Source: a virus. Taken from it: 64,000 bases of DNA. Every line of letters begins with the position of its first letter. The first letter of the stretch is position 1. Both the position numbers and the translations under genes were made by a program. The notes under the pieces are model-generated. The model searched no databases, was not told the origin of the DNA, and worked only from the letters and a program-made list of their open reading frames with translations. The stretch covers positions 22,115 to 86,114 of the IMG/VR virus record IMGVR_UViG_3300022562_001969, one strand, 5' to 3'. This document shows positions 8,012 to 16,740 of this stretch, one piece after another.

Positions 8012-8419
8012 TCAAGGTTGTGAGGTAGGGTCTTGAGGACCTTGGATGATCATTTGTTCACCGCTCTCTGCTTCGGCCAGAGCGCGAAGCAACCGTTCCT
8101 GGAAACGCCGGCTATCTTCCTGGTCTACATCCGACTTTTTGAACATTTTTATATAAAACGCCTTGTAGGAACATTGCCAATGGCTACCAACATAATAAAC
8201 CCGGTGACGGCCAATTCTGATTTTGCGAACATTTTCCAAACCTGGCGGCATCCGCTTCAGCTTTTTATCGGAGGCGTCTAACGACCCCCTCCGCTCAGAG
8301 TTGGCCTCGTCGGCAAAACCAAAGAGCCTTTTTTCGATCATTGTCTTATCTCTGCTATTGGCGCGTTGAAGCTGGTCCAGTTGTTTATCGACCGTCTTAT
8401 TTATCGAGATCGAGCACAC
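8012..8419 (-). CDS. RelE/ParE-like toxin
   Basis: VDKQLDQL...LKRMPPGLENVRKIRIGRHRVYY. Confidence 0.65.
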   Translation of the reverse strand: MCSISINKTVDKQLDQLQRANSRDKTMIEKRLFGFADEANSERRGSLDASDKKLKRMPPGLENVRKIRIGRHRVYYVGSHWQCSYKAFYIKMFKKSDVDQEDSRRFQERLLRALAEAESGEQMIIQGPQDPTSQP

Positions 8420-8903
8420 GATACGTCTCCTGATCTTTAAAGGCTTTTTCTAATTGGATCAGTAAGGTATCATCCCGGATCAGGCGCTCATCTTCTAACG
8501 CATCAAGATCGATCCCCCGGATATTGAATTGAGCCATCTTCCGCAAGAAAGAAATGGCGCTATTGATCTGGGCGAAGGATAGATTAGGGAATTCTCCCTG
8601 TAATTCGTCATAATCTATAAGGCCGTCCAGGGCCTCCACAAATTCGTAGAGGGAGACTGATTGCCCGTCGTTCCCGACCAATACCGGGAGAAATCCAAGG
8701 TCTGGGTTCAGGTGAATATAGCCGCCGGTGGCTTTATTCCACGCCTCAAAAGAACTAAGGACGCTTGTACGGGTAGTTAGTTTCAGGCTGTCCCTTAGAA
8801 ACCGCTCAATCAGGTAATTTGTTTGGCCGGAGGGGCCACTATCCTGAACAATAAAAACAAGTCTGTTCTCAGCCTCGGTTGTTTTGACAATAGGATCATT
8901 CAT
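8397..8903 (-). CDS. DUF433-containing antitoxin-like protein
   Basis: NPDLGFLPVL...DELQGEFPNLSFAQINSAISF. Confidence 0.65.
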   Translation of the reverse strand: MNDPIVKTTEAENRLVFIVQDSGPSGQTNYLIERFLRDSLKLTTRTSVLSSFEAWNKATGGYIHLNPDLGFLPVLVGNDGQSVSLYEFVEALDGLIDYDELQGEFPNLSFAQINSAISFLRKMAQFNIRGIDLDALEDERLIRDDTLLIQLEKAFKDQETYRVLDLDK

Positions 8904-9225
8904 CAGCTGTTTGTCCTTCCAAAGCTTTACGCGCTTCAGGCGTTAATCGATTTTCCGGATTAGCCTCAATCTCTCCAAATAGTTGCTCATAGGCATTGAG
9001 GCTATTTGTTAAAGCATCGGCAACACGTTTGGCATGGGGGACGCTCAGATAAATTTTCGCCACGCCAACCGCCCCATCAGATTCTACATTCTTCTTTAAG
9101 CCAAAGTGCAAGACAATTTCTTCGGCGGTCACTTTTATTTCCATCAGGTCCGAGTAACACACCTTTTGATCAGGCGCATCAAGGATTTTTTCTTTCCTTT
9201 TCGCCACTTTGTCATCATCGGCCAT
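8896..9225 (-). CDS. DUF3467-like protein
   Basis: YSDLMEIKVTAEEIVLHFG...KIYLSVPHAKRVADALTNSLNAYEQLFGEI; GGAGGA RBS before ATG 9225. Confidence 0.75.
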   Translation of the reverse strand: MADDDKVAKRKEKILDAPDQKVCYSDLMEIKVTAEEIVLHFGLKKNVESDGAVGVAKIYLSVPHAKRVADALTNSLNAYEQLFGEIEANPENRLTPEARKALEGQTADE

Positions 9226-9435
9226 TATGGTCCTCCAAACTGGACTGTATTTTGTTCTGTTTATAACTATACTATAGCCGATCATTATCTGGCAAAAACG
9301 ATAAATCTTTCGTCGAATGTTCGCACGCGAACATTGACGATGGACGATTGACGACCGCTGTCTTTTAGTTGTGGCTGGTTTGGTGTCGGGTGGCTCTTTG
9401 GCAGTTTGGACGATGGACGATGGACGACCGCCGGT

Positions 9436-11085
9436 TTATATCTCCAACCGCCCTTGTGTTGGCCCTGCTCTTTCTTCTCTTTGGGCTTGTTTGAAGGTTC
9501 CATAGGCGGGCGGCATTTGTACACTTGCCCCCCCTAACAACGCCTCAATGGTAAGTATCTGAATTTTAGGGTATTTTTGGCCCCAGGCTACAGCCTCATA
9601 AAAACCGGCTGACACCGCCTCCTGGATCATCGGCTGCGTTGGTTCTTCCAGGGTGATAAAAACGCCGATAGCCGCCTTTTCCCGTTCAACCGTCCCAACC
9701 AGATCACGAATATCCCGGCTTGACACCTTGCCGCTCTTGACTTGCGCTAAAACCCGCTTAGGTTTGCCTTTTGCCGTATCAATAAAGGTGATAACCCCAT
9801 CGATCCCTTTATCCGCTCCTTTTTTGCCCTTTTTACTGCCCTGGGTCGCTTTGCCCGGTCTGGCCCTAACTAACGACAAGGCCCACCATTCAAACTGAAA
9901 GCGGTCTTGTTCTGCCAGAAAACGAGCAGAGCCTATTGTTTCAGGCTCGCCCTTGACTTCAAACGTTGTGTCCGGAAAGGCTTCTTGTAGACGATATTTT
10001 TGCAAGGCAATAGATAAATGGGTGATGTCAATACCTATCCACTTTCGGCCTAGTTTTTCAGCGGCTACTATCGCAGTACCACAACCGCAAAATGGATCAA
10101 GGACTACATCACCAGGGTTGCTACTGGCTGAAATGATACGTTCTAGTAAAGGTAAAGGTTTTTGTGTAGGATAACCCAGACGTTCAGCATCAGAACTTTG
10201 CAAAGGATTTATATCAGCCCAAATGTTTGTAATAATTGTTCCTTTTTGTTCGTTCAAAAAACGTTTAAGCGCAGGACGTTTACTAAAATCATAGGAACCA
10301 TCTTTGTGACGTGGATAATAAATGCGCCCTTCATCGTGTAACTTTTGCATGGTTTCAGGTTTATAACGCCAACCTTTAGCAGGATACGGAAAGCCTAGCC
10401 ATTCGTACATCATATTGGGTCTAGGATTTGGACTTGTCATATTATCCAAACGATATAAACCGCGTCCATTATTATCATCAAATCGGTAATTTTTTTGGAT
10501 ATATTCCAAATCATATGGTCCATATTGAACAATAAACAGGTTTTTTTTGGAACGTTTATAAAAAAGAATTATGTCAGCAATATCAGCAAATTTCGTCTTT
10601 GCGTCACTATGGGCTGACTGTCGTTTCCAAATAATTTCATTGCCAAAGTTCTCAGCCCCAAAAATAGTATCAAGGATGACCTTCAAATAATGGCTTGCTG
10701 TTGGGTCACAATGCAGATATAAGCTACCAGTAGGGTTCAATACCCGATGAAGTTCAACCAATCGACTAGCCATCATAACCAAATAAGCCATCATTTGGTT
10801 AGCGCCAATAAAATCACGCATGGCCCCAATCATCTTACTTATATGATCTGGTGATTCTGTTATCAATTCGTGATAGGTTTCCTCAGCGGCCGCGTTCCAG
10901 TGCCAAGTATCATCAAAAGCCGTTATCTGCGCCTGGCTATCTTGCCCACTTTCATCTTTGAATAAGACATTATAGCTGCGCTTTGAGTTAAAGGGGGGGT
11001 CAAGATAGACTAAATCAATACTTTCATCTGCTATGTAATCACGTAGAATTTGAAGGTTATCGCCATAATAAAGGGTATTTTTCAT
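9436..11085 (-). CDS. N4/N6 DNA methyltransferase fused to a C-terminal Mrr-like endonuclease domain
   Basis: DLVYLDPPF, VLDPFCGCGT, GADKGIDG...QVKSG; start MKNTLYYGDNL. Confidence 0.92.
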   Translation of the reverse strand: MKNTLYYGDNLQILRDYIADESIDLVYLDPPFNSKRSYNVLFKDESGQDSQAQITAFDDTWHWNAAAEETYHELITESPDHISKMIGAMRDFIGANQMMAYLVMMASRLVELHRVLNPTGSLYLHCDPTASHYLKVILDTIFGAENFGNEIIWKRQSAHSDAKTKFADIADIILFYKRSKKNLFIVQYGPYDLEYIQKNYRFDDNNGRGLYRLDNMTSPNPRPNMMYEWLGFPYPAKGWRYKPETMQKLHDEGRIYYPRHKDGSYDFSKRPALKRFLNEQKGTIITNIWADINPLQSSDAERLGYPTQKPLPLLERIISASSNPGDVVLDPFCGCGTAIVAAEKLGRKWIGIDITHLSIALQKYRLQEAFPDTTFEVKGEPETIGSARFLAEQDRFQFEWWALSLVRARPGKATQGSKKGKKGADKGIDGVITFIDTAKGKPKRVLAQVKSGKVSSRDIRDLVGTVEREKAAIGVFITLEEPTQPMIQEAVSAGFYEAVAWGQKYPKIQILTIEALLGGASVQMPPAYGTFKQAQREERAGPTQGRLEI

Positions 11086-11461
11086 TGGTTGACCACCTGA
11101 CCAGGCCAGGCTATAACAAATGGCAAGTGAACGGTTCACCATCATGCCCGTGGAGAATACCCTGATTTTATCCGAGTTTGGGATGACAGGCAAAAAAGAC
11201 GGTCGTCCATCGTCCATCGCCCATCGTCGGTTACTTGTTTTCAGGCCAAAAGGGTATATAATTGATTTAGCGACATTTTGGCTTGATAGTCTGATCAAGA
11301 TATAATAGTAAAAGAAGCTCCAACCTCTGACAGGCTATCTGTCCAAAGTGTCGCAACTTGAGAGGTCTGGGGCTTCTTTTTGGTGCTTCAGGATTTTCCG
11401 TGGGAACCACTATATCGCCATACAAGAAAAGTAAGCCAACTTTCAAAGATAGGTTCGCAAG

Positions 11462-13513
11462 ATGACTGAAAGCCGCCAACCTGGTAGGAATTTTAGGGAT
11501 GAATTACTTAAGATTTTGTCAGGGATGACCGCTTTGGATGACCCTGACAACCGATATCGGCTATTGGACAAGTTGCCACTAGAGGCAGTAGCAACCATAC
11601 GACGCAATTCTGCTAAGGGGACCGACCTATACAATATCGTTCAGGCTGCCGAAGGATGGGGACAATTGACCTCTGGAGAGTGGGCCTTGGTCGTTATCGC
11701 CCAAAACGCCCTATCTCTAGTTAAAGGAACCCACCCCGGTCGTCAGCTAGAGGCTCTTTTAGCTGAAAGGGTTATTCATCAGGCCAAGCCAGGCCGGCAG
11801 ATCCCCCTTGATCTGCCAGCGCGAGAGGAGAATTTTATAGACCGTAAGGACGAACTGGTATCTCTACTCACCGAATTACAACCAGGACGAGTAGTCACTT
11901 TGACTGGGCCGGGGGGCATGGGCAAGACTGCCCTGGCCGCGGAAGCCGTTGGCCAACTGGTGGTTGATCATAAGCCCCCTGAGCGTTTCCCGGATGGCAT
12001 CTTCTTTCATAGCTTTTACAACCAACCCCAAGCCGGTTTAGCCCTGGAAAGTCTGGCCCTGGCCTTTGGCGAGGAAGCCAGGCCAACGGCCCAGGTAGCG
12101 GCACAACGGGCGTTGAGCGGCCGGCAGGCCTTATTGGTGTTGGATGGCGCTGAAGATGCGGATGACTTGGCGGCCGTGTTAGCGGTGCGCGGGGGGTGTG
12201 GGGTTTTAATAACCAGCCGTAATCGGGGCGATGCGCCGGCCGTGTTGCAAGACCTGGCGCCCCTCAAACAGCAAGACGCCCTGGACTTATTACAACGCTG
12301 GGCTGAAGCGCAGCTTGATGACCAGGCGGCGGCCATTGCCATCTGCGAACTGGTGGGGAGGCTGCCGCTGGCGGTGCGTCTGGTAGGGCGGTATCTGCGT
12401 GAGACCGGGGAGACGGCCAGCGAGTATCTAGCCTGGTTACAAGAAACCCCGTTAGAGGCCCTGAACCAGGGGCGGCGACGCGAAGAAAGTATACCTGTCT
12501 TACTTGAGCGCAGTCTAAAGCAGGTCAGTGAGGCGGCGCGGCAAGTGTTGGCGGTGGCCGGCCGGCTGGCGCTGGCCCCGCTGCAACAAGAGGTGATGGG
12601 GGCCGCTTTGGCAGCCGAAGCGCGTGAGGTGAGACAGTGGTTAGGAGAATTGGTGCGCTATGGCTTGCTGAGCCGGGACAAAGGGCGTTATGCCATCAGT
12701 CACGCCCTCATTCACACCTACGCCAGTGAGCGGCTCAATGTGGCGGAGGAGATGGTCGAGCGGTTGGTGGCTTTCTATGTCGCTTTGGCTGAACACTTTA
12801 GCCAGCAAGGATTGGCAGGCTACCAGGCGCTTGATGGGGAGCGGCCTCACCTGCTGCGCTTGATTGCAGGCTGCGCGAAAGGAGATGATTGGCTGGGGGT
12901 TCGCAAGCTGGTCTGGGCCATTGATGGTTATTTGTCAATTCAGGGTCACGCCAGCGAACGACAAACTGCCCTAGCGACAGGGCTAACAGCCGCCCAACAA
13001 CTGGGCGACCGCCAAGATGAAGGGGCATTTTTAGGCAGCCTGGGGACCGCCTACTACGACCAGGGGGAGCTGGACAAAGCCATCGCCCATTCTCAGCAAG
13101 CCCTGGTCATCCACCGCGAGATTGGCTACCGCCAGGGGGAGGCTGCTGTTTTAGGCTACCTGGGAACCGCCTACAGCATCCAGGGGGAGCTGGCCAAAGG
13201 CATCGACCATTATCAGCAAGCCCTGGTCATCCACCGCGAGATTGGCTACCGCCAGGGGGAGGCTTATAATTTAGGCATCCTGGGTCTCGCCTACCGCGCC
13301 CAGGGGGAGAGGGCCAAAGCCAGAGAATACTTAGCCCAGGCGCTCACTATTTTTGAGGCGATCAAATCGCCCCAGGCAGACGCAATTCGTGAACAGTTGA
13401 CTATGCTGACTATGTTAGGCCGCCTCCATATACTCTTAGCAATGTGTCAGGCCATCTACGAGAAAGGATTGATGAGGCAGCTTTTGCCGCTTTTCAAAAG
13501 GCTTATTCACTAA
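11462..13513 (+). CDS. EAD-like domain + STAND (NB-ARC) NTPase + TPR protein
   Basis: GPGGMGKT Walker A, LLVLDG Walker B, GRLPLA motif, TPR repeats (HREIGYRQGEA); N-terminal helical EAD8-like segment. Confidence 0.88.
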   Translation: MTESRQPGRNFRDELLKILSGMTALDDPDNRYRLLDKLPLEAVATIRRNSAKGTDLYNIVQAAEGWGQLTSGEWALVVIAQNALSLVKGTHPGRQLEALLAERVIHQAKPGRQIPLDLPAREENFIDRKDELVSLLTELQPGRVVTLTGPGGMGKTALAAEAVGQLVVDHKPPERFPDGIFFHSFYNQPQAGLALESLALAFGEEARPTAQVAAQRALSGRQALLVLDGAEDADDLAAVLAVRGGCGVLITSRNRGDAPAVLQDLAPLKQQDALDLLQRWAEAQLDDQAAAIAICELVGRLPLAVRLVGRYLRETGETASEYLAWLQETPLEALNQGRRREESIPVLLERSLKQVSEAARQVLAVAGRLALAPLQQEVMGAALAAEAREVRQWLGELVRYGLLSRDKGRYAISHALIHTYASERLNVAEEMVERLVAFYVALAEHFSQQGLAGYQALDGERPHLLRLIAGCAKGDDWLGVRKLVWAIDGYLSIQGHASERQTALATGLTAAQQLGDRQDEGAFLGSLGTAYYDQGELDKAIAHSQQALVIHREIGYRQGEAAVLGYLGTAYSIQGELAKGIDHYQQALVIHREIGYRQGEAYNLGILGLAYRAQGERAKAREYLAQALTIFEAIKSPQADAIREQLTMLTMLGRLHILLAMCQAIYEKGLMRQLLPLFKRLIH

Positions 13514-13800
13514 AGACAATGCGTGAGGCAGCAACTCAGTTTCCGGCAATGACTGAGGAGACGTTTCGGGACGCTGTAAAGGCGTTCATAGATGAGCAAG
13601 TGCCAAAGAACTATATATTTTCGTTTAAGCAACGATTGATGTGGTTAGGTCAACTTCTTGATGAGTGGCCAGATGAACCAGTCTCAGGATCGTTAAAAAA
13701 GGAAACTTCCGCTGTGAGATCTATAATCAAGCCAAAATCGCTTAAAGAGCGGAAGAAGATTAAAGCGCAAAGGAAGTGGTGGCAGTTTTGGAAGAAATGA
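13444..13800 (+). CDS. Hypothetical protein with KWWQFWKK tail
   Basis: Amphipathic C-terminal motif; start uncertain. Confidence 0.5.
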   Translation: MSGHLRERIDEAAFAAFQKAYSLKTMREAATQFPAMTEETFRDAVKAFIDEQVPKNYIFSFKQRLMWLGQLLDEWPDEPVSGSLKKETSAVRSIIKPKSLKERKKIKAQRKWWQFWKK

Positions 13801-13852
13801 GGTTGATTTTTAGCTTTGGACGATGGACGACCGGCGGCGACTTAAGACTGCG

Positions 13853-13981
13853 GCCGCCCATCGTCCATCGTCCATCGTCGCCAAGGCGAAGCGACCACCG
13901 ACGACACAACACCGCCGCCCATCGTCCATCGTCCATCGTCGCCAAGGCGAAGCGACCACCGACGACACAACACCGCCGCCC
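13853..13981. repeat. 61-bp tandem repeat (about 2.1 copies) built on TCGTCCA heptamers
   Basis: Period 61 visible; inverted relative of the 15900-16120 units. Confidence 0.9.
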
Positions 13982-13993
13982 GCCGTCCATCGT

Positions 13994-14935
13994 CTATCGT
14001 CCATCGTCCGTCGTCAGCCCCCGGTACGCCCGGGCCCGGGCCTCATCCCGGCCGCGCAGATAGACCGAAGTCGTGGCGATGTCCGCATGGCCCAATTGGT
14101 CGCGCACCTTGTCCAGGGAGACGCCGGCTTCGAGGGCCAGCAAAGCCGAGGTGTGGCGCAGGGCGTGAAAGTAAGCCCGGGGCAAGCCGGCCGCCCTGGC
14201 CCGGCGCTTGAACAGTTGGCTCACCCCGGAGGCGGTCAGGCCGGGCCCCGGGCGGCCCCAGCGCCAGGCCGGGAAGACATGAGCGGGCCGGTGGCCACCC
14301 TCGGCCAGATAACGTTGCCAGGCCCACAAATCCCCTTTGACCGCCAAATTAAAATAGACCACCCGCCCCCGGCGCGTCTTGGCCGTCTCCGCCGCCACCT
14401 CGGCGGCCAGCTCGGCCAGGCGCAGTTGCTCCCAGCGCAGGGCGGCCACTTCCCCGGCCCGGCAGCCGGTGACCAGGGCAAAATGGACCAGGGCCAGGTC
14501 GCGCAGCTCACGCCCCTCGCCGGCGGCGGCCGCCCGGCGCAACTGGGCCAGCAGGCGCTCCACTTCGGCCCGGCTGAGGGCCACCGGCGGCAGGTGGGGC
14601 CGGGGCGGCAAGAGGCGCAATTGGGCAATTTGCCGGGTCGGGTTGCGGTTGGCCTCAATGATCTCTAATTGTTCCAAAAAGTTGAAAAATGCGCGCAGGT
14701 GGGTATAATAGGTGCGCACCGTCACCTCTCCACCGGCGGTGGAGTCTATCCAGCCCATTACCTGACCGGCCGTGACCGGCCAGGCCGGGCCGATGTAGTC
14801 GGCGAAGCGGCTTAAGATATTGGTGTAGTTCTGTAGCGTCTTCGGCCGCCACGAACGTCTCTTGAGAGTGATAAAACCTTTAATGTGCCCTCCCAGAATG
14901 GTATCCGGGAGGGACACAGAAGGCGGCGTAGCCAT
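13994..14935 (-). CDS. Tyrosine recombinase/integrase (XerC/D-like)
   Basis: TGCRAGEV, HALRH, LGHADIATTSVY catalytic motifs. Confidence 0.95.
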   Translation of the reverse strand: MATPPSVSLPDTILGGHIKGFITLKRRSWRPKTLQNYTNILSRFADYIGPAWPVTAGQVMGWIDSTAGGEVTVRTYYTHLRAFFNFLEQLEIIEANRNPTRQIAQLRLLPPRPHLPPVALSRAEVERLLAQLRRAAAAGEGRELRDLALVHFALVTGCRAGEVAALRWEQLRLAELAAEVAAETAKTRRGRVVYFNLAVKGDLWAWQRYLAEGGHRPAHVFPAWRWGRPGPGLTASGVSQLFKRRARAAGLPRAYFHALRHTSALLALEAGVSLDKVRDQLGHADIATTSVYLRGRDEARARAYRGLTTDDGR

Positions 14936-14957
14936 ACGATTGGAGGCTCCGGAGAGA

Positions 14958-15038
14958 CTTCGGAGTCAAAACCTTTAGGTTTTTCTTCGGAGTCGAAACC
15001 TTTAGGTTTTTCTTCGGAGTCAAAACCTTTAGGTTTTT
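14958..15038. repeat. Three tandem 27-bp repeats upstream of the integrase
   Basis: CTTCGGAGTC(A/G)AAACCTTTAGGTTTTT at 14958, 14985 and 15012. Confidence 0.95.
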
Positions 15039-15079
15039 CAAGCCTGAAGGCTTGGACTCCTCTATTCCGGAGTCGAAAC

Positions 15080-15108
15080 CGGTTCACCCCCACGTCTGTG
15101 GGGAATAC
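15080..15108 (-). CRISPR. Solitary type I-E repeat upstream of the integrase
   Basis: GTATTCCCCACAGACGTGGGGGTGAACCG on the minus strand. Confidence 0.92.
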
Positions 15109-15179
15109 GGGCTCCGGTTAATGCCCAAACCTAAAGGCTTGGACTCCTTTGAGCCTTTGAGCCTTTGAGCCTAAAATAA

Positions 15180-15212
15180 AAACCTGACCGGTTTTTGAAA
15201 CCAGTCAGGTTT
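15180..15212. repeat. REP-like hairpin or terminator
   Basis: AAACCTGAC-CGGTTTTTGAAACCA-GTCAGGTTT; (CCTTTGAG)3 adjacent at 15146-15172. Confidence 0.55.
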
Positions 15213-15221
15213 GTTACCTCG

Positions 15222-15614
15222 CTACGCCGCCGTGCGTTGCTGGTATTCCACCAGCATCTCGACCGGATCGCGGCCGGCCACGCGGCCCAGGGCCTCTTCC
15301 CAGTCGCCGCTGTGGAGGATGGCGTTGAGGGATTCGACGGCCTGCACCAGGGCCACCTCAAGGTCCAGCAGGGCGACGATGTCCACCGCCCCACTCGCCT
15401 CTCTGGTAGGGTTGGCGGCGAAGTCAGTCAGGGCCGCAATGGCCTCGACCAGTCTCGCCAGCCCGGGCAACTCAGCGCCGGGGGCTACTTCTGCTTCCGG
15501 CGCCAGCTCGCCCAACGCCAGGCTGGCCGCCAGCAGACCGGTTGCCGCCAGAAATCCGCGACGGTCTATTTGGTTGTTGGTTTGGGGGTGTGCTAAAATA
15601 CGTTCAGTTCTCAT
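15222..15614 (-). CDS. Hypothetical protein with twin-arginine-like signal
   Basis: DRRGFLAATGLLAASLAL; GAGGAG RBS; N-terminus ILAHPQTNNQI resembles HEPN copy 1 ILAQPQTNPQI. Confidence 0.7.
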   Translation of the reverse strand: MRTERILAHPQTNNQIDRRGFLAATGLLAASLALGELAPEAEVAPGAELPGLARLVEAIAALTDFAANPTREASGAVDIVALLDLEVALVQAVESLNAILHSGDWEEALGRVAGRDPVEMLVEYQQRTAA

Positions 15615-15675
15615 GGTAAGCTCCTCTTACTGTGTGAATTAGGGCCGGTTTGATGTTTCAGCATCAGGCCGGCTC
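15591..15675 (+). ncRNA. Putative cis-antisense RNA over the start of 15222-15614
   Basis: TGcTAAAAT 15591-15599; hairpin GCCGGTTTGATG...CATCAGGCCGGC. Confidence 0.55.
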
Positions 15676-15799
15676 GTTCGTTTAAAGTTGACCACATTAT
15701 ATGCCCAAACTCAGCATTAGTCAAATCCGGCTCAGGATTTATTTTTTTACGACGCTTGCGGCTGGCCGCCGGGCGACGTATACTAATAGTAGCTCTCAT
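15611..15799 (-). CDS. Small basic protein
   Basis: AAGGAG RBS, ATGA overlap with the next gene. Confidence 0.5.
   Translation of the reverse strand: MRATISIRRPAASRKRRKKINPEPDLTNAEFGHIMWSTLNERAGLMLKHQTGPNSHSKRSLP
15696..15724 (-). promoter_or_regulatory. Sigma-70 promoter
   Basis: TTGACT-17-TATAAT. Confidence 0.8.
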
Positions 15800-15868
15800 G
15801 GTATCTCCTTACTGTGAGAGTATGGTTTCGCCTCGTTTTTTAGCCCGCGAGGCGAAGCCTGTTTTTTT
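15756..15868 (+). ncRNA. Putative cis-antisense RNA over the start of 15611-15799
   Basis: TTGCGG-17-TATACT; terminator GGTTTCGCCTCG...CGAGGCGAAGCCTGTTTTTTT. Confidence 0.6.
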
Positions 15869-16160
15869 GGACGATAGACGATGGACGATGGACGGCGGGC
15901 GGCGGTTTGACGGGCGGCGGTCGTCCATCGTCGGTCGTCGCTTCGCCTTGACGACGATAGACGATGGACGGCGGTTTGACGGTCGTCGGTCGTCCATCGT
16001 CGGTCGTCACTTTGCCTTGGCGACGCTAGACGATAGACGATAGACCGCGGTTTGACGGTCGTCTATCGTCCATCGTCGGTCGTCACTTCGCCTTGGCGAC
16101 GCTAGACGATAGACGATGGATGGCTGTATGGCATCGTCGGTCGTCGGTCGTCGGTCGTCG
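15869..16160. repeat. About three imperfect ~70-bp units built on GACGAT(G/A)/TCGTCCA heptamers
   Basis: CGGTTTGACGG...CTTCGCCTTG(G)CGACG repeated. Confidence 0.85.
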
Positions 16161-16263
16161 TTCCGCCAGGCGTCAACTTGTTTGGATAGCATACCTCTAC
16201 GTAGGTCTCCCGTTAGGTTTCCGTTTTGCCGGTTTGGTAAAACGGCCTTGCTGGGGGGGGATT

Positions 16264-16293
16264 ATCGTATCATAGGTGGGGGGGATCTGTCAA
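16264..16293 (-). promoter_or_regulatory. Leftward promoter of the integrase-side operon
   Basis: TTGACA-18-TACGAT with extended TG; C7 run in the spacer. Confidence 0.65.
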
Positions 16294-16381
16294 GCGGTTT
16301 TAAGCTTCGCGACGATGGACGATAGACGACCGGCGACTAACGACGACCGTCTCTTTTGTTTATTTGTTTATTTGTTTATTT

Positions 16382-16740
16382 ATTTCAATCCACGCCCCCC
16401 GTGAGGGGAGCGACTTCGGTGAAGGAAAAAATTCCTTAACCGATGGGGTTTCAATCCACGCCCCCCGCGAGGGGAGCGACATAAAAACAGGCTTCGCTTT
16501 GCGGGCTATTTCAATCCACGCCCCCCGCGAGGGGAGCGACTTGGCCGGTCAAGGTGATCCGCCAACCGGTTGCGGTTTCAATCCACGCCCCCCGCGAGGG
16601 GAGCGACTTGCTGAAACGTTCGTGGTAGACTGTTTCAGTTTGTTTCAATCCACGCCCCCCACAAGGGGAGCGACGCGACCAGCTCATCACTATCCAATTC
16701 AAAAAGCGTTTCAATCCACGCCCCCCACAAGGGGAGCGAC
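16382..16740 (-). CRISPR. Type I-C CRISPR array: 6 repeats (33 nt), 5 spacers (33, 27, 34, 34, 33 nt)
   Basis: GTCGCTCCCCT(CGC/TGT/CAC)GGGGGGCGTGGATTGAAA(C/T); repeats start at 16382, 16448, 16508, 16575, 16642, 16708. Confidence 0.96.

Noticed and set aside
7730-8023. Overlapping ORFs 7730-8023(+) and 7751-7960(-)
   Set aside because: No clear RBS or motif; cannot choose a strand
13760-14063. ORFs rich in MDDGRWT/RPSSIV (also 15756-16325, 63061-63595)
   Set aside because: Translations of heptamer tracts
16541-16707. I-C spacers 3-5 matching the window (peptide-level likeness of spacer 3 to capsid GDEPATRC; spacer 5 to 8443-8463)
   Set aside because: Alignments need gaps and have low identity
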